NCBI RefSeq assembly: GCF_964355755.1
Contig: NC_092678.1
Location: 24,693,365-24,757,364 of the forward strand
DNA length: 64,000 bases
From: Antedon mediterranea
Lineage: Eukaryota; Animalia; Echinodermata
Reading direction: 5' to 3'
The first letter of the stretch is position 1, and each line of letters begins with the position of its first letter. Below, one piece after another: positions 24,301 to 37,700 of the stretch. Below the pieces are notes generated by a model. It had not been told where the DNA came from, did no database searches, and saw nothing but the letters and a program-made list of their open reading frames with translations. The position numbers and the translations under genes are program-made.

Positions 24301-25821
24301 AGGTTTCGCAAAAATACTAAAGAATGTTGATCAAACTTAAAAACGTGACCAGGTTTGTTCCGTTTAACCACCATCATTTTGAAAATACTGTATACGCAAA
24401 CCATTGAAGGTGGCATCCATTAAAACTATTTATACAAAGACTATTAAAAATTGGACTATATTCAACAAGGATTTAGTGGAATAATAGCAATTCTAGAAGT
24501 TGTAACAAAAGGATTCTTGCGGTCTATTGTCACCAAACCAGTAAACTTTTAACAATATTTTATTTGAAAATCAATAATGGAATTAGCAGTAATTTAAAGA
24601 AATATAACAATTAATAAAGACATGCTCTGGTATGTAAACCAAATATAAAATATAATAATGATGAGCTGTCCGGGTGACATATCATTTTTTATGCTTAGAA
24701 ATGTTGAAAAAGGCGGGATAATCATTGCATGTGGGTTTGAAAGAATAGAATTAAGGATACGGAACCTCCAAATAAATGCCATTAAAACACGTTTATCTAT
24801 ATTTCTTTGTTAATTGTAAGCAGCACGTGCTGTGTATAAAATAAAACTATCCACATCCGACTATTAATCAACTATTCTTTTTAATATAGTTAAGTCTTTG
24901 AAGGTAATTCTAATGAATGAAACATCTTTCCGGTCAAAAACCACAATTTACCGGAACATTAATATCTTAACAATTTACAAAATGCAAAGAAATTTTGAGA
25001 AACTACAGTAATGATTTTTGTTTTGTATTTTGAACCAATACTATTTACTACATTAAGTTAGATTCAAGTCACTAATTAATTAATTTTGTTGATGTCATCA
25101 TTCATATTTATTTGGCCCATGGGAGGATTAAGATTATGTTTTATGAACAATTCTTCACAAATAGATTTTGGTAAAAATGAAGTCAGTGACTGGTAATGTG
25201 TAAATTGTTTTCATATTTGCTGCTACGTGTCTATTGCTATTGTTATAATCACACGCGAACTTCCAAAAATCTACATAATGGCTAATTTTAATACACGCTT
25301 ACAAATTTTCTCAAAAGAATATTAAGCATTGTAAGTTAAGTGCTTTTAGAAAAATATTTCATGGTTGATCAATAAAATATATACATTTGTTTAGAACAAA
25401 ATATGGCATTTTGTAGACTAATGTATCATTTTAATATTCTGCACTTTTAAAGAAAAGACTTCTGCTTTAAAAAAGTCAGCTTTTTGTAAATGTTCAAAAT
25501 GATTGGCATAATAAAGATATAAATCGATACTATTTTGGTTATCTCTATTTTTAAAAATAAACTATAGTTTCTGAAAAAGAGTGTGTACAGCTTTTTGGTC
25601 TTTCAAATTGTTGACTATTGCAAGCATCGATGGCATGGTAATACTAAATATAAGCAAGAAATGCTGTATTAAAATGACATGAATGGTCCTGTTTTATACT
25701 ACGTTTACTAATTACAAGACGATTAATAATTCTAAAAATGTCTCGTAAATATGTCATGTCATTAATATCTTGTACAACTGTGAATCATAAATTATCTCTT
25801 CTTACTCATCTAAAAAATATT

Positions 25822-26090
25822 TAAGTTGAAAATTCTGCATTTATACCAGCCAGCTGAGTATAAAACTAAGTTGAAAACTCTGCATTTATACCAGCCAGTC
25901 ATTTGAGTATAAAACTAAGTTGAAATACCAGCAAGCTGAGTATAAAAATAAGTTGAAAACTCTGCACTTATACCAGCCAGCTGAGTATAAAACTAAGTTG
26001 GAAACTCTGCACTTATACCAGCCAGCTAAGTATAAAACTAAATTGGAAACTCTGCACTTATACCAGCCAGCCATTTGAGTATAAAACTCC
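25822..26090. repeat. Minisatellite of about 45 bp, about 6 copies
   Basis: Unit AAGTTGAAAACTCTGCAYTTATACCAGCCAGCTGAGTATAAAACT. Confidence 0.88.
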
Positions 26091-27892
26091 ATTGCTCTAT
26101 GACCTACATAGACCGCCTTTCAATGCTTACATTTAGTACTACTGTATGGTTATTAGTTTTTCTCATTAAAGCTAGGCTGGCCTACTGTTGAGCAGAGCCA
26201 ATTACTGAAGGTCAAATACGCGAAAGTTGACAGGAAGGCTAAATGACTAACTCCACTCAAACACATTTATACTTAACATTACAAACATACAGAACAGTAC
26301 TTACTTGATTTGATTGGGAATTTACGCCCAAAAGAAAATCTACAAAAGTACTTTTATATTTGAATGGTACGCTAAAATGTAAGGTTGTTTATTTTGTGAA
26401 TACAGAAAAATTTGTGAGACAAATATTCAAAGTTAAAAGATTAAAACAGAAGAAAGCTATATTAGTGTTCCACCACATTTTTGAGAAAATGGCTCTGCAC
26501 TGAAAATGGTAATAGAAAAACAAACACCTACCTTTAACTCCACATAAATTCTTGGTTTTATCTCGTTTTTTGGGTAAGTTGTGATATATAATATGCGATT
26601 TAGTGTCCATTTCACCAGATATATCAACGTTTGATTGGTTTTTAATTGGTTCAACGTAAAAGTCGCCATCAATTGTTTTAAAAGACCCAAACTATATGAA
26701 AAAAAACCAAAAACATTATACAATCAAAATTTTATATCTATCATTTAAAAAAATGAAGTGAAACAGGCCCTACAGCTTGCGAATACAGCATTTTGGAATA
26801 AAGTGAGGGGGATTGGGGCGATTGCCTAAAAATGGTCAAATCAAATGCTGAACTTAAGTGCTAATGTCCTATTTTTTGCATTATCATTTAAAAAAATTGG
26901 TGGGGAAGGGGAAAGCATGGATCCGCTTAGCTATATCACAACATTTTCTTTTTATGACAATTATTAGTATTTCTACTAAATATCAATTTTTTATGTACTG
27001 TCTTAAACTAGTATAAGCACATCTTCTTAGGCACTGATGATAATGGAATAAAGTTATCTTGAGGTTTAATGTAGATAGGTGATTTTTGATATAATTTATG
27101 CCCACACCAGTCTGTCAGTAAACCTATCCAATTCTGTGTTTTTATTATCTTACACACTGACCTAGTAATAAAACTGAAAACTTATATCCAGGGATAATTG
27201 GTTGTCATGACAAACATTAAATGCTGACCTTGGAATCTTGAGATTTTTGCAAATCCAATTTTTCAAGTAAGCTATGTGCAAAGTTTAGTATTATATGTAG
27301 GACACTTAATAGTCCCAGGGAGCTGCTTGAGAATGAAATTTGGGGACAATTATTGGGTAGGATTACATTCGGAATTTAATAACAATTGAATATGTTTATC
27401 AATTGTGCATGTGACTTCTATACTTTGTTATATTTTGACATACTCATTGATTGTAAACATTACAGAACAAAAAATAGTTTTTAATAGATATTAATGCTTT
27501 AAATAAAAATCCTTGGAAATAAGTCATAAATTCGCGCCGTTTAACTTAAAATAGGAAGGATTGATCCAACAGCTTCTGTTACAGCTGGATGCAATTACAC
27601 TATCCCCGTCAGCCAGTCTAAACATTTAGGCCAAATCAGAAGAACATACAGTGCTTTTTCAGAAATAATTTTAAAGGAGGAAAGAAGAATTAGAAATGAA
27701 TTTATAATTTTTTTTCTTTGTGATATTTTTTATTTCTAAAGGGTCTTACGACTACAGACAATTATTTGTCTCTGTAAAATCCTTGTAATGTAAATATTTA
27801 TATATTGCTGAAATGCGAATTGATTAATAAAAGTGTAAATTGATGAATATTATAATAATATTTTATTAGGAAAATAACTGCAATGATCTTAC

Positions 27893-28248
27893 CATGCCAC
27901 TACATAGACTAATGACAGCAGTGGAGTCTGGATGGCTATTAACATTCCCAGAATAAAAGCAATGATGTGGCGCGTCCATTTGTAACGTGTCATATATATC
28001 ATCACCGTTGGAACCTATCGCATCTACTACAAAATTTGAAGCAATGAACGAATCGTCGTGAGATAACGTTAAATGAAATTCATGCCCGAATGCTTCAATT
28101 AAATACATAGTTTCATTTGAGTCTTTGTGAAAATCTTCTTCTTCCTCCGGTGTCGGAACACTCCGTTTTCTAAAATGACGTCCATTTTTTATTGATTCAT
28201 GATTTCTATTTATACGAATTGGAGTGACAACTTCATAGTCCATGTTAT
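27893..28248 (-). CDS. ADAMTS-family metalloprotease, coding exon 2 (reprolysin/M12B prodomain)
   Basis: TTTAG acceptor and GTAAG donor. Motifs YEVVTP, furin site RKRS, YLIEAFGHEFHLTL..DDSFIA and HCFYSGNV....STAVISLCSGM are typical of ADAMTS prodomains. Later exons were not recognised in 1-27892. Confidence 0.9.
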
Positions 28249-28786
28249 CTAAAATAAACATAAAGAATGTTAATATTTATTAAAAACACAAATATATATA
28301 TATATATATATTTAGTACTACAGTATTGAATATTCTTATGTAAGTAACAGATCTTAATTCATAATTAGGGACTAAAAAGTATGTGATTACAACAAGTATG
28401 TGTCTTTTACTAGCCTACTATAAACTGTAATTAGGCCTAGCCTGGAGGAGAACTACCCCTGGCCTAATCATTTAGTCTGGTCGTGGGAGAAAGTTGTGGG
28501 TTATACACGACTAAATCATGGTGTCAGGAGCATCATACTACCCTACTTAGTTAGCACCAGTACTACTAAATGCAGTTTATGGCCAAACTCAGTGCTATCA
28601 GTTATAATAGTTTATAAAGATTACCTGCCAAGATTTAGGCCTAGACCCCTTAGTGTATTTAAGGCTATTTAAGGTTATTTAAGTCAGCCCTATAATCTAA
28701 GCACGAGCCGTCTGACACTGTACTCAGGCTGAGCGAGTCGACCCGGTCCCTGGACAACAACAAGACCATGTGATGTGTGTACTTAC

Positions 28787-28874
28787 CAGACAGGCTTGGA
28801 ATGACTGCTCCTTGAGAAAAATAAAAACAATTGAGTATGGCAAAAAGAAAGACGGACAGCAAAGAAGAGTCCAT
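28787..28874 (-). CDS. ADAMTS-family metalloprotease, coding exon 1 (signal peptide)
   Basis: MDSSLLSVFLFAILNCFYFSQGAVIPSLS is a hydrophobic signal peptide followed by a G|GTAAGT donor. Its phase 1 matches the next exon. Confidence 0.8.
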
Positions 28875-28984
28875 GATAAATGTTTGATTTAACTAAACGA
28901 ATGAATAAAGCACATGCTAACTTTAAGAATCAGCTGTTTATAGTCGGCTCAGGGCCAAAACACTCGTAGGTGGCACAAATCCAA

Positions 28985-29120
28985 ACGTACGTTTGTATAT
29001 AGCGCAGACGGCAGAGAAGTTCATACATCAATGCTTACAATCGTAACTCCGCCTACCCAAACTAATATTCAACCAATCAGCGCTTTAGGAAGTTAACATA
29101 AAATTAAACCGGAAGTACGG
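28985..29120 (-). promoter_or_regulatory. Putative ADAMTS promoter region
   Basis: TATATA near 28996, CCAATCAG near 29073 and ETS site CCGGAAGT near 29109, all just upstream of the first coding exon. Confidence 0.4.
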
Positions 29121-29511
29121 CGGTCGATCAAACAACAAAATTGACAAATTAATAAAATAAAGGTATTTTAATTGCGGTAATGAGAAAAAAGGTAAAATAA
29201 ACTTTCCAAACGGTACGGTGTGGATGAATTTTGACAATGAGCCTTATTACTTAAGTATGCATACTCAACCAATCCAAGTCTTGAAATTTCATAAATTATT
29301 GTACGAAATATAATAACACTTTAAAAAAAACTGTTTAAATTATTTATTACAATAATGCATATGCATAGAGAGAATACACTAGCAATGCATCGGCATCTTT
29401 ACATTATTTCTATATAATGTGTTCCTAGTTTTCTGACAGCTTAGGTGTTCTTACAATTGAGGGCGCCAAACATACAATTTACGAGATCGAAAGGAGGTGG
29501 AAAGCCACAGA

Positions 29512-29756
29512 AAAAAAATATGGTGTGCTCCCTTGCCTCTAGCACGGTAAGGCTCTCTCACAGCCTTGGGGGTACCACGACATCAGATGCTTTGATGTTA
29601 TCGCCTCATAATGCCGTGGTGGAAAGGGGGACGTTTAATCTGTGAACCCCAAACACAGAAGCTCGCATAGCTTTAACTCTTTTCCACCGACCGGCATGGG
29701 GTTTGAACCCATGATAATCGTGTTCCACGACGCTCTACCGACTGAGCTATCCGGCC
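29512..29756 (-). mobile_element. tRNA-derived SINE (second family)
   Basis: Head GGCCGGATAGCTCAGTCGGTAGAGCG (A-box) and GGTTCAAACCC (B-box) without a proper anticodon arm, followed by a GC-richer body. Confidence 0.7.
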
Positions 29757-30358
29757 CTCTGGTTTATATGAACAATAAAACTATATTAATCTCCACAAAA
29801 TGACGTCATGCAAATTTATGACGTAACGATTAGATGACGTAATATGAAGCGCGTATAAGAATACTATTGTCACTCTTCACTACTCGGGTAAATTGTGGAA
29901 AAACGGATAGTGCTCTAATAACTATCGTTTGAATTCTCTTAGCTCTGTTTAGCTGGGGTTCGAACCTCTACGAAACCCTTTTTTATTAAATGAATATAAA
30001 ATATTTTTCTTTTATTATTATTATTATTATTTATTCAGGCAAAAGACACATTTACAAAATATAATACAAATCAACAAATTAAACAAACTCAACGCAAAAG
30101 AAAACATAAAATCATAGTCACTAGCTGCCAGGAAAGCACAAAAGCAGCCTAAGCCACTGTCACCCATTAGGTGTGTACCTCCAACCAGTGACTAATTATT
30201 ACAAATAATATATATAATATAATATATAAATCCAAAGGCAAATTACTGAAAAAAATGACAATGCTGTGGGTATCAGTGGCTGGATCTCAATGGAGATACA
30301 AAAATATAAAGCGAAAAGCTAAATCTCAAAACGATCAAGTAAACAGCCAGAAAAGTTA

Positions 30359-30395
30359 GCAGAGCTTTCGGGCAACACTAGCCCTTCATCAGTGC
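30359..30395 (-). ncRNA. Minimal (Penelope-type) hammerhead ribozyme motif
   Basis: Minus strand GCA-CTGATGA-A-GGGC(tagtgtt)GCCC-GAAA-GC-TC-TGC, with palindromic AGCT in place of stem III. Confidence 0.7.
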
Positions 30396-30967
30396 AAGTG
30401 AAGGATTTTGGATAACGTCATAGTATAATATAATATATAATATAGATGATGATGATTTTATTTCGAAAGAGAGATATTTAGAGAGTCAAGTTAATTTAGG
30501 ATAGGCAGGGACTGGTCCTGTAGACTAATTGTATTCTTTCCATATTTTGAGGTCCAATTTCCGGGCACCTAACAACTCTTTTTCAAAATTATTAGCTCGA
30601 TCCAACCATGGCGGGCTGGTCCTGTAGACGAATTCCGTTTCATATCAGTGTATACGTACGTGCAATTAGTTTCTTTTGGTCCATGGTGATTATTTTGTAC
30701 CTGTTTTTTTTCTATATTTTTGATAATATAAAGAGTTTTTTATTTGTTATACTGTATTTTTATATGTACAATGATTATGAAATAAAGAATGATGAATGCA
30801 TTTTTATAAAATGTAGTGCTGGTTGACGATGTGTATTTTTGTTTTCAATTTTTTTAAATAAATAAAGCTACGCCGAGTAATTTAAAATAACTATTACTAC
30901 ACATAAAACTTTTGGCATCATATTAATACGTTGGAGAGAGGCAAAGGAAAAACAAACAAAAAATAAG

Positions 30968-31039
30968 GGGCTCGTCCGGGAATTGAACCCGGGGCCTCTC
31001 GCACCCAAAGCGAGAATCATGCCACTAGACCAACGAGCC
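30968..31039 (-). tRNA. tRNA-Pro(TGG)
   Basis: GGCTCGTTGGTCTAGTGGCATGATTCTCGCTTTGGGTGCGAGAGGCCCCGGGTTCAATTCCCGGACGAGCCC, followed by a T-run terminator. Confidence 0.97.
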
Positions 31040-31485
31040 TTGTTAGTTTTAGGAAATAATTTTGTGAATTTATCCCCAACAAATTATTACATCAGCTTTT
31101 GACAGGAAAATTGCCGTAACCTTGACAGCGCCACGCGCCGCCACGTCAACAATATTAAATACGCAAACTTTTTAAATGGCAACAAAATTACCTTTAATTT
31201 ACTGTTTTAGCAGGGAAAATTAATTTCACTCTTCCCTGGTTAAAGTAGCTAATAAAATTAAAATTTTATCCAAACTTATAATTATTCACATACTGTACGT
31301 GGTTAAATTCGATCATTTTAACCATTGGAAATAGGAATGTCCTAAACATACAATAGAAAATATGAAAAGTATATTAGTATATTTTAAAATGAAAAACAAA
31401 ACATATTTAAAAACAAAGAATAGAAAAAAATATTAATTTAAAAGCGAAAATAAAAACGTTTATTAAGAAAAAAACAAAAAAAACG

Positions 31486-31557
31486 GGGGTCATCCGGGAA
31501 TTGAACCCGGGACCTCTCGCACCCTAAGCGAGAATCATGCCACTAGACCAACGACCC
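31486..31557 (-). tRNA. tRNA-Pro(AGG)
   Basis: 72-nt cloverleaf with anticodon loop TTAGGGT, acceptor stem GGGTCGT/ATGACCC and a downstream T-run. Confidence 0.95.
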
Positions 31558-32029
31558 ACACATGCTCGAATGGGCGTTTTGTATGACTATATAGAGTAAA
31601 CCTCGGAAAATATTATTTTATTTGTTCAAACGGTTAATTTTTAAGCATCTTTAGTGGTATCAATGTTTATTAATATTATTATTTTATTTCTGCATTTCAG
31701 AGAATCAGAAATACAGACAGAAGCTGCGGAATCGAATTCCATTGTGACGTCACACGATCGAAGGGGAATACCCCTTACGTCATACAACGCCACGTAACCA
31801 CTTCGGTAAACAAAAACACATGTTGGTCATCGACCGTTCAGTAATTCATTATTGTTATGTAGTTATTATTAATGTAGTTAATGATTATAGTTTAATCTGA
31901 CCGGATATTCTGATAATATTACATTTAAATGTTATTTATTAATAATATTAACAGAATTTATTAACACAAACATCATTAGCAGCCTATAATATGAATACAG
32001 TTTCCTGATACTCGCTCACAACTACTGAA

Positions 32030-32101
32030 GGCTCGTTGGTCTAGTGGCATGATTCTCGCTTTGGGTGCGAGAGGCCCCGGGTTCAATTCCCGGACGAGCC
32101 C
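32030..32101 (+). tRNA. tRNA-Pro(TGG)
   Basis: Identical to the 30968-31039 copy in the opposite orientation, followed by CTTATTTTTT. Confidence 0.97.
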
Positions 32102-34322
32102 CTTATTTTTTAAACAAATATTTTGTATTAAACTAAAATACTTCTAATGCATTCCTTTGTTCAAAAAAAAGTTTATTGTATTAAAAATAAACTTGGGAGG
32201 ATGGGTGTAAGTATAGGCCGAATAAATACACAGTTAATGAATGTTAACTAATGCACAAAAAAAATCTAATTATTATAACTTAAAATGTAAATACAGTATA
32301 TATGTTTTTGTTAACTATTTCTGAAAGACTATTATGTATTGTTATTGTTCTCAATTGGAATGCTCCTAGATTTGCTCCTGGGGTACGCAAAAGGTAAGTT
32401 CATCTTTTTAATAAAACGAACGGAAAAATCTTATTGCAGGTAAGTTTTATCTATTAGGGGACCCCTCAGGATGTAAATCCCATTTTGGGAACTTAGAGGG
32501 CTATTCCTGGTACATTGCAAAATTAATGGTTATTTTTATCTGTATTTGCTAACTTTGTATGGTATAAAAATCAATGAAATCAAATGTCTGAGCACAAAGA
32601 ATATGCAAATAGAATATGACAATTGGACAACAAATAAACCATGACTTCGATCAAATGTTTTCTGGAAATTATCAGATTTTCAGATTTATTGACAGGCAAC
32701 AGTATACTAAAATAAGAAACAGCGCGAGACAGTATTAAATCCTCCACAACTCCCACTAGAAAGAATAATTAAAAGATCCTATATAATATTATGCATGTTC
32801 AGGTTCACATTCATTTGTACCCTTTTTCTTATTTCTTATACGTATATATATATATATATACTTTTTTTTTATTCAAAAAGAATGAATTATTTTTCATACT
32901 GCAAAATCAAAATGTTTTAATCGATAAATAAAATGTAAAAATATGATGGTAATCTGGTACATAAACTTGGCAGCAACGCCATACAGCAGGACTCTGTGTA
33001 TTTATTACGATTGGTTGTCAGAAGTATTAAAAAATAGATAATTCTACCTCCAGTTGAAGTCACATCTGCTATTGTCTAGCCTTTAAATATTGAATACACC
33101 TTTTGTATGACATATCCAAGATATTAAGTGGGTTCTTAGTGACACATGCTTAAGGCTAAAACTGTTACTTCCTTTACTACAGACGACAGCAGTAAACTTA
33201 ACCATCAATAGTCATGCAAACCGATTTCTTTATTGACAAATATTACAAACATAAATTTTTTTTATTTGGTCGATGTTAAAATTGGAACTCAATTGTAAAA
33301 CGACACGGACTGTCACATTAAACAACACACATTGTAGTGTGATACTTTGTCATTTTGGATCTTATAAAAATATTTCTTAAGTTGGTTCTTAACATTTTTT
33401 TTTCAATCCCTTCATTTAAACTATTTTCAACTCTTTTCTCTCACGTTGCTGCTAATCTACCAAACTTCTGGTTTCATGCCGAACAACGCCCTCTGTAGAC
33501 ACATGGAGCTACTACGACGACGTTCATATGGCTGCATTTTGAACCAAAGAACTTGCATCAAGTGAACATGCATGGTTCCTAGCATGTACTGTATCTTTAT
33601 CATATTCCTCCATAGTGCAGTATTCCACACTACCATTTCCTATAAGAATAAAATTGATTTCTTTTTTTATTTCAACAATATTTTAAGAGATTGATCCATT
33701 CAGCCGAAGTTGATCATTAGGAACCCTCACAAACATAAAATATGACAAGACATAAACATGTAAAAAATTAAATAATGAACAAAATAATTAGAATCTAATG
33801 AGAAATCAATTAAAACAATGAATTAAATTGAATAATTAAATTAATTAAAATTAAATTAATAATTAAATTGGCCATAAATAAATGAGTTAAAACCTTCATA
33901 ATATATGTTTTCATTTACAGTAATGTGCAATGGCATTCATTAAGCATAGGATATATTTAAAAATATTAGCTAGATGAACTACAATGATGAATATCGTTCT
34001 ATAACATAATCTTAAAAATCTATTTTTAAAAAATCTATTAAAAAAAATGAATGTGATATGTAGCTATCAAGCTGAGATGAATAAAGCCACATGACACTCT
34101 GCCAAGAAAACATCAGGATACATGACCATATTTTAAATTAAATCTTAAAATATAATTAAGGGAGGATGAAAGATAGACTTATACTAAACGTTAGGACAAC
34201 AATGTTAAATTAGAGATTTTGTTGAGTCACATGCAATGATGTTGAAATAAAAATGAAACGTTTAAGATGATCAAATTAATGAGAGAGAAGAGAATAGAGA
34301 TTGTTTTGATCAAGATAACATT

Positions 34323-34352
34323 GATGACGATGATGATGATGATGATGATGAT
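34323..34352. repeat. (GAT)n microsatellite
   Basis: About 10 GAT/GAC units. Confidence 0.85.
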
Positions 34353-34568
34353 AGCTCCGGCTGTATCTTGGCTAACTTTTGTATTGATTGTTTGATACAA
34401 TAAAGAGGAATTATTGTCAGATAATTATGACAGATTATAAAATTAATGATGATGTCATTATTGTCAGATAAATATGACGGATTTTAAAAATACTGATGAT
34501 GATGATCTACATGTATTTTTTATTTTTCCTTTGAATAAATACTAATATTTCTAAACAAAATTGTGACT

Positions 34569-34702
34569 TTACCGATTGCCAGTTGAGTTGAATATTTGGT
34601 CCGAGTCAGGAGCGCCCTTTGGATGATAAAACCTTGGCTTCCTGTCTCTTGTTGGCGTAGCAACCGCTACTGTTGAAAGCCTTGTTATCTGCGACATTGT
34701 CT
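34569..34702 (-). CDS. UPF2: UPF2 terminal coding exon
   Basis: TTTTACAG acceptor. ETMSQITR...RDRKPRFYHPKGAPDSDQIFNSTGNR* matches the conserved metazoan UPF2 C-terminus (HPKGAP). Confidence 0.9.
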
Positions 34703-37700
34703 CTGTAAAAGTTAAATTAATATTTTACGTCAGAATAACCTTTATTGCAACAAAACATTTTCTGCTTATGAACTAATGAAGCCATAGGTCCATACAGCGA
34801 TGAACATTTAATAGAAAAACTGGAAAAAGTAATGAAAGTGATCTCATAATAGAAGCTTGTTAATTTAGGTTTTTACTGTAATACAAATCAGTTAACACAC
34901 CCCAGCTTGAATACAGCCTTTCATTACAAACTAAATAGTTTATTTATTCAACATAAACCACAGTAACACCTGTAGTCATTGATGTATGCCCAGCAGGGAA
35001 CCCTCATCACACCTACCAGCATTTGTCATATCACTGTAAAATACACCAACAAAAAAAAAAGTCTAATTCCAAACCTATTACACCTATGTGTTGATTAAGA
35101 ACCTGTTTAAACGTAATTATTCTTATTTATAGACGGGGTGCCATATACAGATAAAGTAATTGATGTCAATTTGTATTTTGTACTGTACTTTGGCGCCCCA
35201 TACTAACCAAAACACTAAAATGGAGAAAGTACTTTTTTGGTAAGGCAATTAGTGTGGTTTACTCTTAAAACACCATGCAGATACAAATATCTGAAAATAC
35301 TTTGTTACTAGGAAATTAATTTGAGTATATTTGTTTAGACTAGTAAAGCCACAAACCAACCCTGTGAATCATAAGAACAGATTGATGAGGGTACTTTCAA
35401 TTTAACAATTGATTTCTCTCTAAAGCTCTGTCTACACTATCAAACTATTTTGACAAAAAAAAGTGTGATGTGCCCAAATATAATAAACTCAAAACATAAC
35501 AGAAAATATAAATCTTTTTAAAAACAACTTTTTATTTCATAGTAAAATTTCAATGTAGACTAAATAAAAATAGGCAAAATATAGGATCAAAAGACAAGCT
35601 GGAGAAATCAATCAATCGTTCAATTTATATAGCGCCATTCCAAGTTTATCAAGAAGAAAAATTCAGATATTTTCAATTTGCTTAAAAAAAAAACTGGTAC
35701 AGCGACCAACCTGATAAGTAGGTCTACAAGAAAGGTACAAAATGACTACGACATTGAAATTGATATTAAAGTTATCACACCTGTTTGTTTGGCGAATACA
35801 CTATCAATATTTTACCTGTTAGTCTACTTTTTATAGAGACCCCACATGGCCTTATAAGAGGTATATTGTGGGTAAAACATACTAATAAATAGGCTATTAC
35901 CTGTCAGGTAAAATTATAGTAAAATACAGACTGTTAGATACTACTGTAACCTTTAAACCGATGACATCTTTTTTTTTAAAAGGTTACAGTATATGTTACC
36001 ACACTACATTGTCCTATTCAGTGTATTGATTTGATATTAATAGGCCTGCTGGTTATTTACTACTGCTCATATAAAACCAGTCTATGAGTTAAGATTTACA
36101 CAACTGTTCTATTTTTTTAAATTATAAGATTTTGAAAATGATAAGCGTGTGAAAATATAATTTACTAAAAAATCTTTCTTTAATAAAATTAAACAATATT
36201 TTGAATTGAGACAATATAGAATCAATCACCTGTCAGAATACACATCAAATATTTGGATTTATTATTATTTAATTATACTATCTTGAAATATTGCTTCTTC
36301 TTGATGATATAAAACACATGGATGTTGAAATCCCTTGATAAATTTAACTTTATCATTTTTTTTTATAAATTAAATGTTAACTTTTTTTTATAAATAGATT
36401 GCTTAGTGTCAATACAATTATCCAAGTATGTGATTGATTATTCTTTCTCTTTTTTAAACATTACTAATTTGCATATGACCCTGTTAGGCGTGTCCACTGA
36501 CTAGTGGTTGGCCTTGTTTGTTTCATGAAAAAGTGTCCCTTTGAAAGTTGTTGGCAGTGTGTTAAAACATTATATCCCCACTCCTTAGCTCCACTCGGAA
36601 AATGTCCTTTTAAAGTGTGTCCAAAGAATTTAGAAATGAATTCATAATGTTATTTACGGCATTTGGTAGGAAGAAATGGAAAACTCAACTAATACCAACT
36701 ACACCTACAGTATTCTATTCATTGAACAACAAGAACATTGCAGCATAATAAATCACTCCACCCATAGAGTATAAAATCTCTACTATGCTCCACCAGACAA
36801 CAATGCATAGTAAATGCTTATCTAACAGCTATGACTAATTCATATTGTCTAATAGGTAGGCCCCTATGACTAATATATTAATGTAATACCAAGATATGAT
36901 ACAATTCATACAAACCTCCATCTGACAAGCTGAACCAACCAATCAGAAAGATAAACATTGTTGCAAATTGTGGTTATTGAAAAGACAGTAGGGGTGATTA
37001 TAGCGCTATCCACACACACAAACCATGTCATTCTGCACTAAGGTATAGCAATTAAAGGTCTTAATGAGGTGCTTTACTGATGTACTCAAGTTGCAGCAAC
37101 AAGGTGAATGACCAGTACTGTGGTCAAGTTACTACATTATTTGATATACTTTAACATTAATGTTGTAAATGAAAGAAAAAGTCTAGAAAATATATTCAAT
37201 TAGTACATAACGTTTTTTTTTACAAATTTTCTAAAAGCAGTTTTCAACTTGTTTGCCAACATTGTTATACTGTACTTAAGGTACTGTACTTATGTATTGC
37301 ACTTAAATTAAGCATTACATATTAAGCATTAAGCATTACATACCACTACACTATCACTCATCAAATGTTCTTTTTAATTGCACCTGGCATTATAAATTGA
37401 GCTTCACAATCTGCAATTATTATTCAATCATGTTGAACACAGTCTCTGTTAGCAAACACAAAGAAAATCATTTTCTGGTTCGTGAAAAACCACATTTGTA
37501 AAAAAGAATCTATCCATGTTAAACCACAAAAAGAAATTAAGCAGCAAGTTTAAATACAGTTAACAACTGTTGAAATGACAGAACTTCGGCAACAAGAAAG
37601 GGTTGCAAGAGATTGACAGACAGTTGCGGTAGAACAAGGAAGGGTTGCAGAAGGTTACAGACAATATCGGTAAACTTCTATGGGAATATTCAGGTAGATT

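Noticed and set aside
29685-29756. Possible fourth tRNA gene
   Set aside because: A and B boxes are present but there is no valid anticodon arm, and the sequence continues into a SINE-like body.
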